A stretch of 36,873 nt of DNA from Myxococcota bacterium. Lineage in GTDB: Bacteria; Myxococcota; UBA4151. The notes under the pieces are model-generated. The model did no database searches. It was given only the letters and a program-made list of their open reading frames with translations, and was not told where the DNA came from. The stretch's first letter is position 1; the number at the start of each line of letters is the position of its first letter. Below are positions 1 through 9,004 of the stretch, piece by piece. The position numbers and the translations under genes were made by a program. The DNA is taken from positions 1-36,873 of the forward strand of contig JAYZBQ010000052.1 in the NCBI GenBank assembly GCA_036338695.1. The letters are read 5' to 3'.

Positions 1-310
1 CTTCACGGCTGAGGTGTACATCCTGACCAAGGACGAAGGCGGTCGTCACAAGCCGTTCAAGGCGAACTACCGTCCTCAGTTCTACTTCCGCACCACGGAC
101 GTGACGGGCACCGTCGAGAAGATCACCTCGGTGAACGGCGACGGCCTGTCGGCTGAAGAGCAAACCGAGCGTGCCGTCCTTCCGGGCGACAACGTGGCGA
201 TGCAGGTCAAGCTGATCGTGCCGGTTGCGATGGAGCAGGGTCTGACCTTCGCGATCCGTGAAGGTGGTCGTACGATCGGTTCCGGTCGTGTGGCTGAGAT
301 CCTCGACTAA
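1..310 (+). CDS. tuf: Elongation factor Tu, C-terminal part (truncated at window start)
   Basis: [26 protein letters not shown] and [13 protein letters not shown] of EF-Tu domain 3; frame is open from base 2. Confidence 0.98.
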   Translation, partial: FTAEVYILTKDEGGRHKPFKANYRPQFYFRTTDVTGTVEKITSVNGDGLSAEEQTERAVLPGDNVAMQVKLIVPVAMEQGLTFAIREGGRTIGSGRVAEILD

Positions 311-334
311 TCTCTAACGAACGGATTCATTCCA

Positions 335-643
335 ATGGCTGCTAACCGCATTCGTATCCGACTTCGAGCTTACGACGCCCGTCTGCTCGACAAGTCGACC
401 CAGGAAATCACCGAGACCGTCAGGCGGTCCGGTGCGCAGGTTGCTGGACCCATCCCGCTGCCGACGCGCATCTCGCGCTACACTGTCTTGCGTTCTCCGC
501 ACGTCAACAAGAAGAGCCGCGAACAGTTCGAAATTCGCACACACAAGCGACTTTTGGACATCGTCGAGCCGAGTCAGCAAACGCTTGATGCGCTGATGAA
601 GCTTGAACTCGCTGCCGGCGTTGACGTCGAGATCAAGAGCTAG
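335..643 (+). CDS. rpsJ: 30S ribosomal protein S10
   Basis: [36 protein letters not shown]. Confidence 0.99.
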   Translation: MAANRIRIRLRAYDARLLDKSTQEITETVRRSGAQVAGPIPLPTRISRYTVLRSPHVNKKSREQFEIRTHKRLLDIVEPSQQTLDALMKLELAAGVDVEIKS

Positions 644-652
644 GAGCTGATC

Positions 653-1273
653 ATGGCGAACATCGACGTCATCAACCTCCAAGGTGAGACCGTTGGCTCT
701 GTCGAGCTCGACGACGCGATCTTTGGAGCTGAAGTAAAGCCTCACCTTCACTGGGAGGTTGTCCGCTGGCAGCGCGCAAAGACGCGCGCTGGCACCCACT
801 TGGTCAAGACCAAGTCTGAGCGTTCGGGTACCGGCGCCAAGCCGTACCGCCAGAAGGGCACCGGCAACGCACGGCAGGGCTCGCGCCGCTCCGTGCAGTT
901 TGTGGGTGGTGGCCGGGTCCATGGGCCGCAGCCCCGGGACTACTCGTTCTCGGTCAACAAGAAGGCTCGTCGAGCCGCTCTTCGTTCGGTGCTCTCGCAG
1001 CGCTTCGCGGAGAACAAGCTCGTCGTAGTCAAAGCCTTTGACCTCGAGACCCCGAAGACGAAGCAGCTCAACGCAGTGCTTGGGGTGATTGGTGCTCAAA
1101 ACGCCGTATTGGTCGGTGATTCGAGCAACGAGAACCTTCGCCTGAGCGCTCGCAACCTGCAAGGGGTTGAGACCCTGAACGCAGAGGGCCTGAACGTCTA
1201 CTCGGTGCTTGGTCACGACAAGCTCGTGATCAGCGAAGCCGCTCTTAAGGACATCGAAAGGAGGCTCGCATGA
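653..1273 (+). CDS. rplD: 50S ribosomal protein L4
   Basis: [35 protein letters not shown] upstream. Confidence 0.98.
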   Translation: MANIDVINLQGETVGSVELDDAIFGAEVKPHLHWEVVRWQRAKTRAGTHLVKTKSERSGTGAKPYRQKGTGNARQGSRRSVQFVGGGRVHGPQPRDYSFSVNKKARRAALRSVLSQRFAENKLVVVKAFDLETPKTKQLNAVLGVIGAQNAVLVGDSSNENLRLSARNLQGVETLNAEGLNVYSVLGHDKLVISEAALKDIERRLA

Positions 1274-1599
1274 GCACCCTGCTCCGCTTGATTCAAAAGC
1301 CAATCGTCACGGAGAAGGCAGAGACCCTCCGCGATACGGAGAATGTCTATACGTTTGCGGTTGCAATCAGCGCCAATAAGCGGCAGATCGCCGCCGCCGT
1401 CACGCAGGCATTCGGCGTTGAAGTCGATGATGTCCGCACGTCGGTGGTGCGAGGGAAGACCAAGCGCGTAGGGATGATCACCGGTCGCAAGCCGAACTGG
1501 AAGAAAGCCTACGTCAAGGTCTCCGGAGACCAAGTGATTGAGGCGCTAGAGACCGCTCAGGACTTTAGCGAAGAAGCTCTAGAAGAAGCCGAAAGCTGA
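1270..1599 (+). CDS. rplW: 50S ribosomal protein L23 with an acidic C-terminal tail
   Basis: PIVTEKA, ANKRQI, WKKAYV; ATGA overlap with rplD. Confidence 0.97.
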   Translation: MSTLLRLIQKPIVTEKAETLRDTENVYTFAVAISANKRQIAAAVTQAFGVEVDDVRTSVVRGKTKRVGMITGRKPNWKKAYVKVSGDQVIEALETAQDFSEEALEEAES

Positions 1600-1697
1600 T
1601 TCTGGAGGGGCGCTACGGCGCCCTGGCTGTAACGGAAAGATTCCGCACGCCGAGAACCTGGAACAGCCCCAGGTATTAAGGCGGGCAGGAGGTGCCA

Positions 1698-2540
1698 ATG
1701 GGCATCAAGGTATATCGGGCTACGAGCCCGGGGCGTCGCGATGCGACGAGCGCGAACTTCGATGAGGTCACCCGCTCAACCCCCGAAAAGAGCTTATTGA
1801 AGAAGCGCACTGCGAAGGCGGGGCGCAACAACCACGGGCGCATCACGGTGCGTCGTCGCGGTGGCGGTCACAAGCGCCGGCTGCGGACCGTGGACTTCCG
1901 CCGTGAGAAGATCGGCGTGCCCGCAAAGGTGGCGCACATCGAGTACGATCCCGGTCGCTCGGCGCGCATCGCGCTGCTGCACTACGCTGATGGCGAGAAG
2001 CGCTATATTCTGGCGCCCGTCGGTTTGACGCAGGGCTCGACCGTCGTCAGCTATGGTCTGGACGTGGAGGCGCCTGAGGTCGCCGCGGGTAACCACATGC
2101 CGATCATCAAGATCCCGCTGGGTTCCTTGATCCACAACATCGAGATGCGCCCAGGTAAGGGCGGGCAGCTGGTGCGAAGCGCCGGGACCGCCGCTCGCTT
2201 GATGGCGAAAGAGGGGCGTTACGCTCAGGTGCGCTTGCCGTCGGGTGAGCAGCGCATGGTCTTGGCGGTGTGCTCGGCGACCATTGGTCAGGTGGGCAAC
2301 ACGCAGCATGAGAACCGTAAAGAAGGTAAGGCGGGCGTCGGCCGCTGGAAGGGTCGTCGACCGAAGGTGCGTGGCGTCGCGATGAACCCGATCGATCACC
2401 CGCACGGTGGTGGTGAAGGTCGCACGTCGGGTGGTCGTAACCCGGTCACGCCGTGGGGTGTTCCCACTCGGGGTCACAAGACCCGCAACAACAAGCGCAC
2501 GGACAAGTTCATCGTCCGTCGCCGTAACAAGCGTCGCTAG
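1698..2540 (+). CDS. rplB: 50S ribosomal protein L2
   Basis: [45 protein letters not shown] upstream of ATG 1698. Confidence 0.99.
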   Translation: MGIKVYRATSPGRRDATSANFDEVTRSTPEKSLLKKRTAKAGRNNHGRITVRRRGGGHKRRLRTVDFRREKIGVPAKVAHIEYDPGRSARIALLHYADGEKRYILAPVGLTQGSTVVSYGLDVEAPEVAAGNHMPIIKIPLGSLIHNIEMRPGKGGQLVRSAGTAARLMAKEGRYAQVRLPSGEQRMVLAVCSATIGQVGNTQHENRKEGKAGVGRWKGRRPKVRGVAMNPIDHPHGGGEGRTSGGRNPVTPWGVPTRGHKTRNNKRTDKFIVRRRNKRR

Positions 2541-2554
2541 GGGGGGCTACAGCT

Positions 2555-2827
2555 ATGCCTCGGAGTGTTAAAAAAGGACCTTTCGTCGATGATCACCTCA
2601 TGAAGAAGGTGGTGACGGCTAAGGAAAGCAACGACCGCAAGGTGATCAAGACCTGGTCGCGCCGTTCGTTGATCGTGCCGGATTTCGTCGGCTTGACGTT
2701 CGCTGTGCATGACGGACGTAAGTTTATCCCGGTGTTCGTCACCGAGAACATGGTGGGACACAAGCTCGGTGAGTTTGCGCCCACCCGCACGTTCTACGGT
2801 CACGCCGCAGACAAGAAGAAGCGGTAG
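2555..2827 (+). CDS. rpsS: 30S ribosomal protein S19
   Basis: [34 protein letters not shown]. Confidence 0.99.
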   Translation: MPRSVKKGPFVDDHLMKKVVTAKESNDRKVIKTWSRRSLIVPDFVGLTFAVHDGRKFIPVFVTENMVGHKLGEFAPTRTFYGHAADKKKR

Positions 2828-2836
2828 GAGTAAGCC

Positions 2837-3253
2837 ATGTCGATCGTAAAGACTGAAGGGCGACGAGTGAAGAAGAGCGAGCGCGCTCGTCTTCGTAAGG
2901 AAGCCAAAAAGGCGAACCCGCAAGCGACGCTTCGCGATTACCGCTCCAGCGCGTCCAAGATGCGCCTGGTTGTCGACTTGATCCGGGGTAAGGATGTCCA
3001 AGAAGCGGTGCGCGTGCTCCACTTCTCGAACAAGCGGGCGAGCGAGGCGCTCTTGAAGCTGCTTCGCAGCGCCATGGCGAACGCCGATGAGCTCGGCTTC
3101 GACGTGGAGCGTCTGATGGTGCGCCAGGCATTCGTCAACGAGGGGCGCACGCTCAACCGTTGGCGTCCCCGAGCGCAGGGTCGTGCGACCCGGATTCGCA
3201 AGCGCAGTTGTCACACCACCATCGTGCTCGGTGAAGTCGAGGCGGGAGAGTAG
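2837..3253 (+). CDS. rplV: 50S ribosomal protein L22 with a basic N-terminal extension
   Basis: [28 protein letters not shown]; position between rpsS and rpsC. Confidence 0.97.
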   Translation: MSIVKTEGRRVKKSERARLRKEAKKANPQATLRDYRSSASKMRLVVDLIRGKDVQEAVRVLHFSNKRASEALLKLLRSAMANADELGFDVERLMVRQAFVNEGRTLNRWRPRAQGRATRIRKRSCHTTIVLGEVEAGE

Positions 3254-3255
3254 TC

Positions 3256-3906
3256 ATGGGTCAGAAAGTTCAACCGACAGGATTCCGTCTCGGGTACATC
3301 CGTAGTCACGACTCGCGCTGGTTCGCAGGGCGCAACTACGCAGAGTGGCTCCACGAGGACATCAAGATTCGAAACTTCATCAAGAAGGAGCTCGACTCTG
3401 CGATGGTGAGTCGGGTGGAGATCGAGCGTCTTCGTGAGACGATGACGATCTCGATCCACGCCGGGCGTCCGGGCACGGTCATCGGAAAAGGTGGCGCCGG
3501 CATCGAGCGGCTCGAAAAGCGTCTTCAGTCCAAGACGAAAAACCGCATCAGCTTGAAGATCATCGAGATCCGCCGCCCTGAGCTCGACGCTCAGTTGGTC
3601 GCTGAGTCGGTCTGTCGCCAGCTGGAGAACCGTGTGGCGTTCCGTCGTGCGATGAAGCGCACGGTCCAGACCACGATGAAGTTCGGCGCTCGCGGGATCC
3701 GCCTCGAGTGCTCGGGTCGCTTGGGCGGCGCTGAGATGGGTCGCTTCGAGCGTTACCTTGAGGGTCGAGTGCCGCTGCACACGTTGCGAGCGGACATTGA
3801 TTACGGGCGCGCCGAAGCGCTCACCACCTACGGGATCATCGGCTGCAAGGCGTGGATCTACAAGGGTGAGATTTTGCCGCAGCGCAACGCTGCTGCGCGC
3901 CGGTAA
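3256..3906 (+). CDS. rpsC: 30S ribosomal protein S3
   Basis: [37 protein letters not shown]. Confidence 0.99.
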   Translation: MGQKVQPTGFRLGYIRSHDSRWFAGRNYAEWLHEDIKIRNFIKKELDSAMVSRVEIERLRETMTISIHAGRPGTVIGKGGAGIERLEKRLQSKTKNRISLKIIEIRRPELDAQLVAESVCRQLENRVAFRRAMKRTVQTTMKFGARGIRLECSGRLGGAEMGRFERYLEGRVPLHTLRADIDYGRAEALTTYGIIGCKAWIYKGEILPQRNAAARR

Positions 3907-3933
3907 GCGGCGATTTAGAAAGGATTCATAGCT

Positions 3934-4350
3934 ATGTTGCTACCGAATCGAGTCAAGTTTCGTAAGATGCATCGCCTGCCTCTGCGTGGGAAGGCGACGC
4001 GGGGTACGCACATCGCCTTCGGTGATTTCGCCATGCAGGCGACCACGGCGGGGCGTGTGACCAGCCGTCAGATCGAAGCGGCGCGTATCGCAATGACCCG
4101 CCACATTAAGCGTGGTGGGAACATTTGGATTCGTATCTTCCCGCAGCGCTCCATCACCAAGAAGCCCCTCGAAGTTCGAATGGGTAAAGGTAAGGGTGGC
4201 GTGGACCACTGGGTCGCTCAGGTGCGCCCTGGAACGATCCTTTATGAGATGGACGGTGTGGAGCCTGAAATGGCCAAGGAGGCCATGCGGTTAGCGGGTC
4301 GTAAGCTCGCCATCGGCACCCGTTTCGTCACCCGTGATCAGGAGGTATAG
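3934..4350 (+). CDS. rplP: 50S ribosomal protein L16
   Basis: [24 protein letters not shown]. Confidence 0.99.
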   Translation: MLLPNRVKFRKMHRLPLRGKATRGTHIAFGDFAMQATTAGRVTSRQIEAARIAMTRHIKRGGNIWIRIFPQRSITKKPLEVRMGKGKGGVDHWVAQVRPGTILYEMDGVEPEMAKEAMRLAGRKLAIGTRFVTRDQEV

Positions 4351-4352
4351 TC

Positions 4353-4547
4353 ATGCAAAGTCGCGAACTGAACGCCATGACCTCTGAAGAGATCACCGGC
4401 TTTATCAATGATATGGAGCGAAAGCTCTTCGATGATCGTCTGAACCACGCCTCGGCGTCGTTGCAGGACACGGACGGGCTCCGTCGGACCCGCCGGGCGA
4501 TCGCACGTGCGAAGACGATTTTGGCGCAAAAAGAGGCCGCTAGCTAG
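4353..4547 (+). CDS. rpmC: 50S ribosomal protein L29
   Basis: 64 aa, RRAIARAKT motif, position between rplP and rpsQ. Confidence 0.93.
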   Translation: MQSRELNAMTSEEITGFINDMERKLFDDRLNHASASLQDTDGLRRTRRAIARAKTILAQKEAAS

Positions 4548-4559
4548 CGGGGCTTTCGA

Positions 4560-4588
4560 TTGACACAGGCGGGGCTGCTCTCTAGGTG
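4560..4588 (+). promoter_or_regulatory. Putative internal sigma70-type promoter upstream of rpsQ
   Basis: Perfect TTGACA (4560-4565), 17-nt spacer, TAGGTG (4583-4588), in a 69-nt intergenic gap. Confidence 0.45.
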
Positions 4589-4616
4589 AGCGCCCCCTTG
4601 GGAGTGGAGTGAGACA

Positions 4617-4874
4617 ATGAACGAGCGAGCGAATCCTCGGACCCGTGTCGGGATCGTACGCAGCAACAAGATGGACAAGACCGCCGTAGTTGAGGTGGTG
4701 CGTTATGTTCGTCATCCGCTGTACAAGAAGTACATCCGTCGCCGGGTGAAATATCTGGCACACGACGCCGAGAACAGCTGCGGCATCGGTGATGAGGTCC
4801 GGATTATCGAAACACGGCCGATGAGCCGCCGGAAGCGCTGGCGGGTCCTCGAGACCTTGCGCGCTGTTCAGTAG
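4617..4874 (+). CDS. rpsQ: 30S ribosomal protein S17
   Basis: [27 protein letters not shown]. Confidence 0.98.
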   Translation: MNERANPRTRVGIVRSNKMDKTAVVEVVRYVRHPLYKKYIRRRVKYLAHDAENSCGIGDEVRIIETRPMSRRKRWRVLETLRAVQ

Positions 4875-4895
4875 CGCCCAGGAGAGGCATTAGCC

Positions 4896-5264
4896 ATGAT
4901 TCAGATGCAATCTATTCTCGATGTAGCTGACAACAGCGGCGCCCGTAAGGTGATGTGCCTTAAGGTGCTCGGTGGCTCGAAGCGGCGCTATGCGTCGGTC
5001 GGCGACATCATCGTGGTCTCGGTTCGTGAGGCGCAGCCGCACAGCCGGGTCAAAAAGGGTCAAGTCAGCCGCGCGGTCGTCGTGCGGACGGCGTACCCGC
5101 TGAACCGCCCGGACGGGTCGCGCATTCGCTTCGATACCAACTCGGCGGTTCTGCTCAATAAAGCGCACGAGCCCATCGGTACCCGCATCTTCGGGCCTGT
5201 GGCGCGTGAGCTGCGCGGCAAGAAGTTCATGAAGATCGTCTCGCTCGCTCCAGAGGTTTTGTGA
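4896..5264 (+). CDS. rplN: 50S ribosomal protein L14
   Basis: [39 protein letters not shown]. Confidence 0.99.
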   Translation: MIQMQSILDVADNSGARKVMCLKVLGGSKRRYASVGDIIVVSVREAQPHSRVKKGQVSRAVVVRTAYPLNRPDGSRIRFDTNSAVLLNKAHEPIGTRIFGPVARELRGKKFMKIVSLAPEVL

Positions 5265-5271
5265 GGTCATC

Positions 5272-5604
5272 ATGAGTAAGCGTAAGATTCGTAAAGGCGA
5301 TACGGTCAAAGTGATCAGCGGCTCGGACCGCGGTCACGTGGGCGAAGTCCTCGAGGTGATCCCCGCTGAGGGTAAGCTCCGAGTCGAGGGCGCCCGGATC
5401 CAGAAGAAGCACATCAAGCCTGGGCGCTCCGCCTTGCATCCCGACGGTGGGATCGTGGAGCGAGTCGGCCTGATGGATATCAGCAACGTAATGTTCTACA
5501 CCGAAGAGCTCGGTGCCGTTCGTGTCGGGCGCGGTCGCGCCGAAGACGGGACGCGGCAGCGGGTCGCTCGGGGTTCTAAGCACGGCGGCGCAGTCATCGA
5601 CTGA
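5272..5604 (+). CDS. rplX: 50S ribosomal protein L24
   Basis: KOW motif IRKGDTVKVISGSDRG, KKHIKP, ISNV. Confidence 0.97.
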   Translation: MSKRKIRKGDTVKVISGSDRGHVGEVLEVIPAEGKLRVEGARIQKKHIKPGRSALHPDGGIVERVGLMDISNVMFYTEELGAVRVGRGRAEDGTRQRVARGSKHGGAVID

Positions 5605-5660
5605 GTCACCACTGAGGTGGGCGCCTTATAGCGGGCGAATAACCGACCGAAGGAGTTATC

Positions 5661-6212
5661 ATGGCAGCACGGCTGCAAGAGAAGTATGCGAGCGAGGTGT
5701 GCGCTAAGCTGCAGGAAGAGTTCAACTACTCGAACCCGATGCAGATGCCGCGCCTGACCAAGGTGGTCGTCAACATGGGCCTCGGCCGAGACGTCGCCAT
5801 CAACAAAAACACGAAGGTGCTGGACAGTGCGCAAGACGAACTCGCCGCCATCACTGGTCAGAAGGCGGTCGTGACCCGAGCGCGGCGTTCGATCGCAGGC
5901 TTCAAGCTGCGCGAGGGGATGCCGATCGGTGTCTGCGTGACGCTGCGCGCTCACAACATGTGGGATTTTGTGGATCGCCTGTGCAACGTGGCGCTCCCCC
6001 GTGTGCGTGACTTCCGCGGCGTGAGCCCCAAGGCCTTTGATGGGCGAGGTAACTACACCCTCGGCATCCGTGAACAGATTATCTTCCCTGAGATCGATTA
6101 CGATAAGATCGACAAGATCAAGGGCATGAACGTCACTTTTGTGACGACGGCTTCGAGTGATGAGGAAGGGCGCGCCCTTCTCCGTCATCTCGGTATGCCT
6201 TTCCGAAAGTAA
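5661..6212 (+). CDS. rplE: 50S ribosomal protein L5
   Basis: [37 protein letters not shown]. Confidence 0.99.
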   Translation: MAARLQEKYASEVCAKLQEEFNYSNPMQMPRLTKVVVNMGLGRDVAINKNTKVLDSAQDELAAITGQKAVVTRARRSIAGFKLREGMPIGVCVTLRAHNMWDFVDRLCNVALPRVRDFRGVSPKAFDGRGNYTLGIREQIIFPEIDYDKIDKIKGMNVTFVTTASSDEEGRALLRHLGMPFRK

Positions 6213-6222
6213 GGATTGAGAA

Positions 6223-6408
6223 ATGTCTAAGAAAGTCGACCTCGTCACGATCGATAAGAAGCCCAAGTTTGGGGTTCGTCAAAAGAACCGCTGCCGCATC
6301 TGCGGGCGCTCGCGTGCCTACATGCGGAAGTTCGGTATGTGCCGGATCTGCTTCCGAGAGCGCGCCCTTCGAGGCGAGATCCCGGGTGTGGTCAAGGCGA
6401 GCTGGTAG
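6223..6408 (+). CDS. rpsN: 30S ribosomal protein S14, short zinc-binding (type Z, C+) form
   Basis: 61 aa with CRIC...CRIC and PGVVKASW. Confidence 0.97.
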   Translation: MSKKVDLVTIDKKPKFGVRQKNRCRICGRSRAYMRKFGMCRICFRERALRGEIPGVVKASW

Positions 6409-6419
6409 AGGAGTACGTC

Positions 6420-6824
6420 ATGTTAGTTACTGATCCAATCGCTGATATGCTGGCGCGCATCCGCAACGCAATGCTCGCCAAGCACGAGCACGTCTCGATC
6501 CCCGGCAGCCGTATCAAGCGCCGTATCGCCGAGATTCTTGAGGCGGAGGGCTTTGTGAGCACCGCCGTCTGGGTGGAGCCGGCTAAGGGTTCGCCTCAGG
6601 GGCGTATCGACATCAAGCTGAAGTGGGACGGCAGGGACCCTGTGATCGATGGGCTCAAGCGCATCTCCAAGCCGGGGCGGCGTGTCTACGCTGGCTCGAG
6701 CGACCTCCCGGAGATTCGTAGCGGGCTGGGGATCGCAATCGTGTCGACCTCACGCGGTGTGATGACCAACAAAGACGCAAAGCGCGCCAGCCTCGGTGGC
6801 GAAGTGCTCTGCGCGGTGTGGTAG
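6420..6824 (+). CDS. rpsH: 30S ribosomal protein S8
   Basis: TDPIADMLARIRNA, RISKPGRRVY, GGEVLCAVW; GAGGAG upstream of ATG 6420. Confidence 0.98.
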   Translation: MLVTDPIADMLARIRNAMLAKHEHVSIPGSRIKRRIAEILEAEGFVSTAVWVEPAKGSPQGRIDIKLKWDGRDPVIDGLKRISKPGRRVYAGSSDLPEIRSGLGIAIVSTSRGVMTNKDAKRASLGGEVLCAVW

Positions 6825-6835
6825 GAGTTTAGATC

Positions 6836-7372
6836 ATGTCTCGTATTGGAAGAGCACCCGTCGCCTTTGGTAAAGACGTGCAGGTGTCGTTTCGTGATAA
6901 CCTCCTCGCCGTCAAAGGTCCGAAGGGCCAGCTCGAGATGAGCGTCAACGCCTTGATCGGCTGCGAAGTCGGTGAAGGAGAGATCGTCTTTACGCGTCCG
7001 AGTGACCACCGTCAGCATCGCTCGCTGCACGGTATGGTTCGGAGCATCGCGGCGAACATGGTTGAGGGTGTCACGAGCGGCTTTAAGAAGGATCTCGAGA
7101 TCCGCGGTGTCGGCTTTCGCGCGCTGCTCAAGGGTTCGACCCTCGAGCTCAACCTGGGTAAGTCGCACCCGATCCATCTGGAGATCCCCTCGGAGATCAA
7201 GATCGAGGTCGCTAAGGACCAGCGCGCCGTGACGGTGAGCGGAATTGACAAGCAGAAGGTCGGCGCTTTCGCAGCGAAGATTCGTTCGTTCTACCCGCCC
7301 GAGCCTTACAAGGGCAAAGGCGTTCGGTACGTGGGCGAGTACGTTCGCAGCAAAGAAGGTAAGTCGGGCTAA
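6836..7372 (+). CDS. rplF: 50S ribosomal protein L6
   Basis: MSRIGR, KGPKG, PEPYKGKGVRY. Confidence 0.99.
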   Translation: MSRIGRAPVAFGKDVQVSFRDNLLAVKGPKGQLEMSVNALIGCEVGEGEIVFTRPSDHRQHRSLHGMVRSIAANMVEGVTSGFKKDLEIRGVGFRALLKGSTLELNLGKSHPIHLEIPSEIKIEVAKDQRAVTVSGIDKQKVGAFAAKIRSFYPPEPYKGKGVRYVGEYVRSKEGKSG

Positions 7373-7434
7373 TTGAGCGCCGAAAGGTGGGTACCCGGGT
7401 CGGCCGGACTCCTCACCGCTGACAGGAAAATATC

Positions 7435-7785
7435 ATGGCTCAAAAGAACAAACATCAAGTACGGGCGCGGCGTAAGCAAGGCCTTCGCAAGCGCATCAAG
7501 GGGACCTCTGAGCGTCCTCGGTTGTCCGTGTTTCGCTCGGCGAAGCACATCTACGCCCAGCTCATCGACGACACCGCAGGGGTCACCCTGGGCGCCGCCT
7601 CGTCGCAGAAGCTGAGCGTCGATGGTGACAAGACCGCTACCTCGCTCGAGGTGGGCAAGGCGATCGCTGCGGCCGCAAAGGACGCAGGGATCACCAAGGT
7701 CGTCTTTGATCGTAACGGATTTATCTACCACGGCCGTGTGGCTGCGGTTGCTAAAGGGGCCCGCGACGCCGGGCTCGAATTCTAG
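7435..7785 (+). CDS. rplR: 50S ribosomal protein L18
   Basis: [34 protein letters not shown]. Confidence 0.99.
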   Translation: MAQKNKHQVRARRKQGLRKRIKGTSERPRLSVFRSAKHIYAQLIDDTAGVTLGAASSQKLSVDGDKTATSLEVGKAIAAAAKDAGITKVVFDRNGFIYHGRVAAVAKGARDAGLEF

Positions 7786-7795
7786 GAGTATCACT

Positions 7796-8308
7796 ATGGC
7801 TCGCGAACCTCAGAACAACTTTGGCGGTGACGCCGAGTTCGAAGACAAGGTCGTTAACCTCAACCGCGTCGCTAAAGTGGTCAAAGGCGGTCGTCGCTTT
7901 GCGTTCTCCGCGCTGGTCGTCGTCGGGAACCGTAATGGACGTGTCGGTATTGGCACGGGTAAAGCTCGCGAGGTGCCGGACGCCATTCGCAAGGCAACCG
8001 AGCGCGCTCGCCAAAACCTGGTCACGGTGCCGATCGTGGACGGGACGCTTCCTCACGAGGTGCTCGGCCACACGGGCGCCGGGCGTGTCATGTTGCGCCC
8101 CGCTGGCGCAGGTACCGGTGTGATCGCAGGCTCGAGCATCAAAGCGGTGATGGAGCTCGCAGGTGTGAGCAACGTGATCACCAAGTGCATCGGGAGCAAC
8201 AACCCACACAACATGATGCGCGCAACCTTTGACGCCATCGCACAGCTGCGATCGATCGAAGAGGTCGCTCGCCGTCGCGGAAAGACCGTCGAAGAAATTC
8301 GCGGATAG
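7796..8308 (+). CDS. rpsE: 30S ribosomal protein S5
   Basis: [33 protein letters not shown] upstream of ATG 7796. Confidence 0.98.
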   Translation: MAREPQNNFGGDAEFEDKVVNLNRVAKVVKGGRRFAFSALVVVGNRNGRVGIGTGKAREVPDAIRKATERARQNLVTVPIVDGTLPHEVLGHTGAGRVMLRPAGAGTGVIAGSSIKAVMELAGVSNVITKCIGSNNPHNMMRATFDAIAQLRSIEEVARRRGKTVEEIRG

Positions 8309-8318
8309 GAAGATCATC

Positions 8319-8498
8319 ATGCTGCGCGTTACACAAAAGAGAAGCCTCATCGGTCGCCCTCAGAACCAGCGCCAGAGCGTGAAAGCGCTCGGTCTGCGTC
8401 GCATCGGGCATACGGTCGACGTCGTCGACAACGCGTCCACCCGTGGACTGGTGATGAAAGTACAACACCTCATCGACGTCGAGGTGATCGCCGACTAG
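8319..8498 (+). CDS. rpmD: 50S ribosomal protein L30
   Basis: MLRVTQKRSLIG..ALGLRRIGHTV; position between rpsE and rplO. Confidence 0.95.
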   Translation: MLRVTQKRSLIGRPQNQRQSVKALGLRRIGHTVDVVDNASTRGLVMKVQHLIDVEVIAD

Positions 8499-8557
8499 CG
8501 ATCAATCTGACGCTGATTCCGAGTCGGGCGGAGTGGTCCGGCGCAAGGAGCTCTATC

Positions 8558-8998
8558 ATGCTTAACGATCTCAAATACCCCAAAGGGGCACGCACCAACC
8601 GCAAGCGCAAGGGACAGGGTCCCGGCACGGGTAACGGCAAGACCGCCGGCCGCGGACATAAGGGCCAGAAGGCTCGCAAGAGCGGTCACGTCCGCCGTGG
8701 CTTCGAGGGCGGTCAGATGCCCTTGATCCAGCGCTTGGCGAAGCGCGGCTTCACGAACATCTTTCGCACCGAGTATCAGGTGGTCAATATTGGCGATCTG
8801 AACGAGTTCGCAGCCAACTCGAAGGTGGACAAAGAGGCGCTCACTGCGGTCGGCTTGGTTCGCCAGGGGAACCGCCCGGTCAAGCTGCTGGGTGCCGGTG
8901 AACTCAAGGTCGCGCTGACGATTACGATTGATAAAGCCTCTAAGTCGGCGATCGCAGCGGTGGAAGCCGCAGGCGGTCAGGTCAACACCCTCGGGTAA
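8558..8998 (+). CDS. rplO: 50S ribosomal protein L15
   Basis: GKTAGRGHKGQKAR, FEGGQMPL..RLAKRGF. Confidence 0.99.
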   Translation: MLNDLKYPKGARTNRKRKGQGPGTGNGKTAGRGHKGQKARKSGHVRRGFEGGQMPLIQRLAKRGFTNIFRTEYQVVNIGDLNEFAANSKVDKEALTAVGLVRQGNRPVKLLGAGELKVALTITIDKASKSAIAAVEAAGGQVNTLG

Positions 8999-9004
8999 GC
9001 ACGC

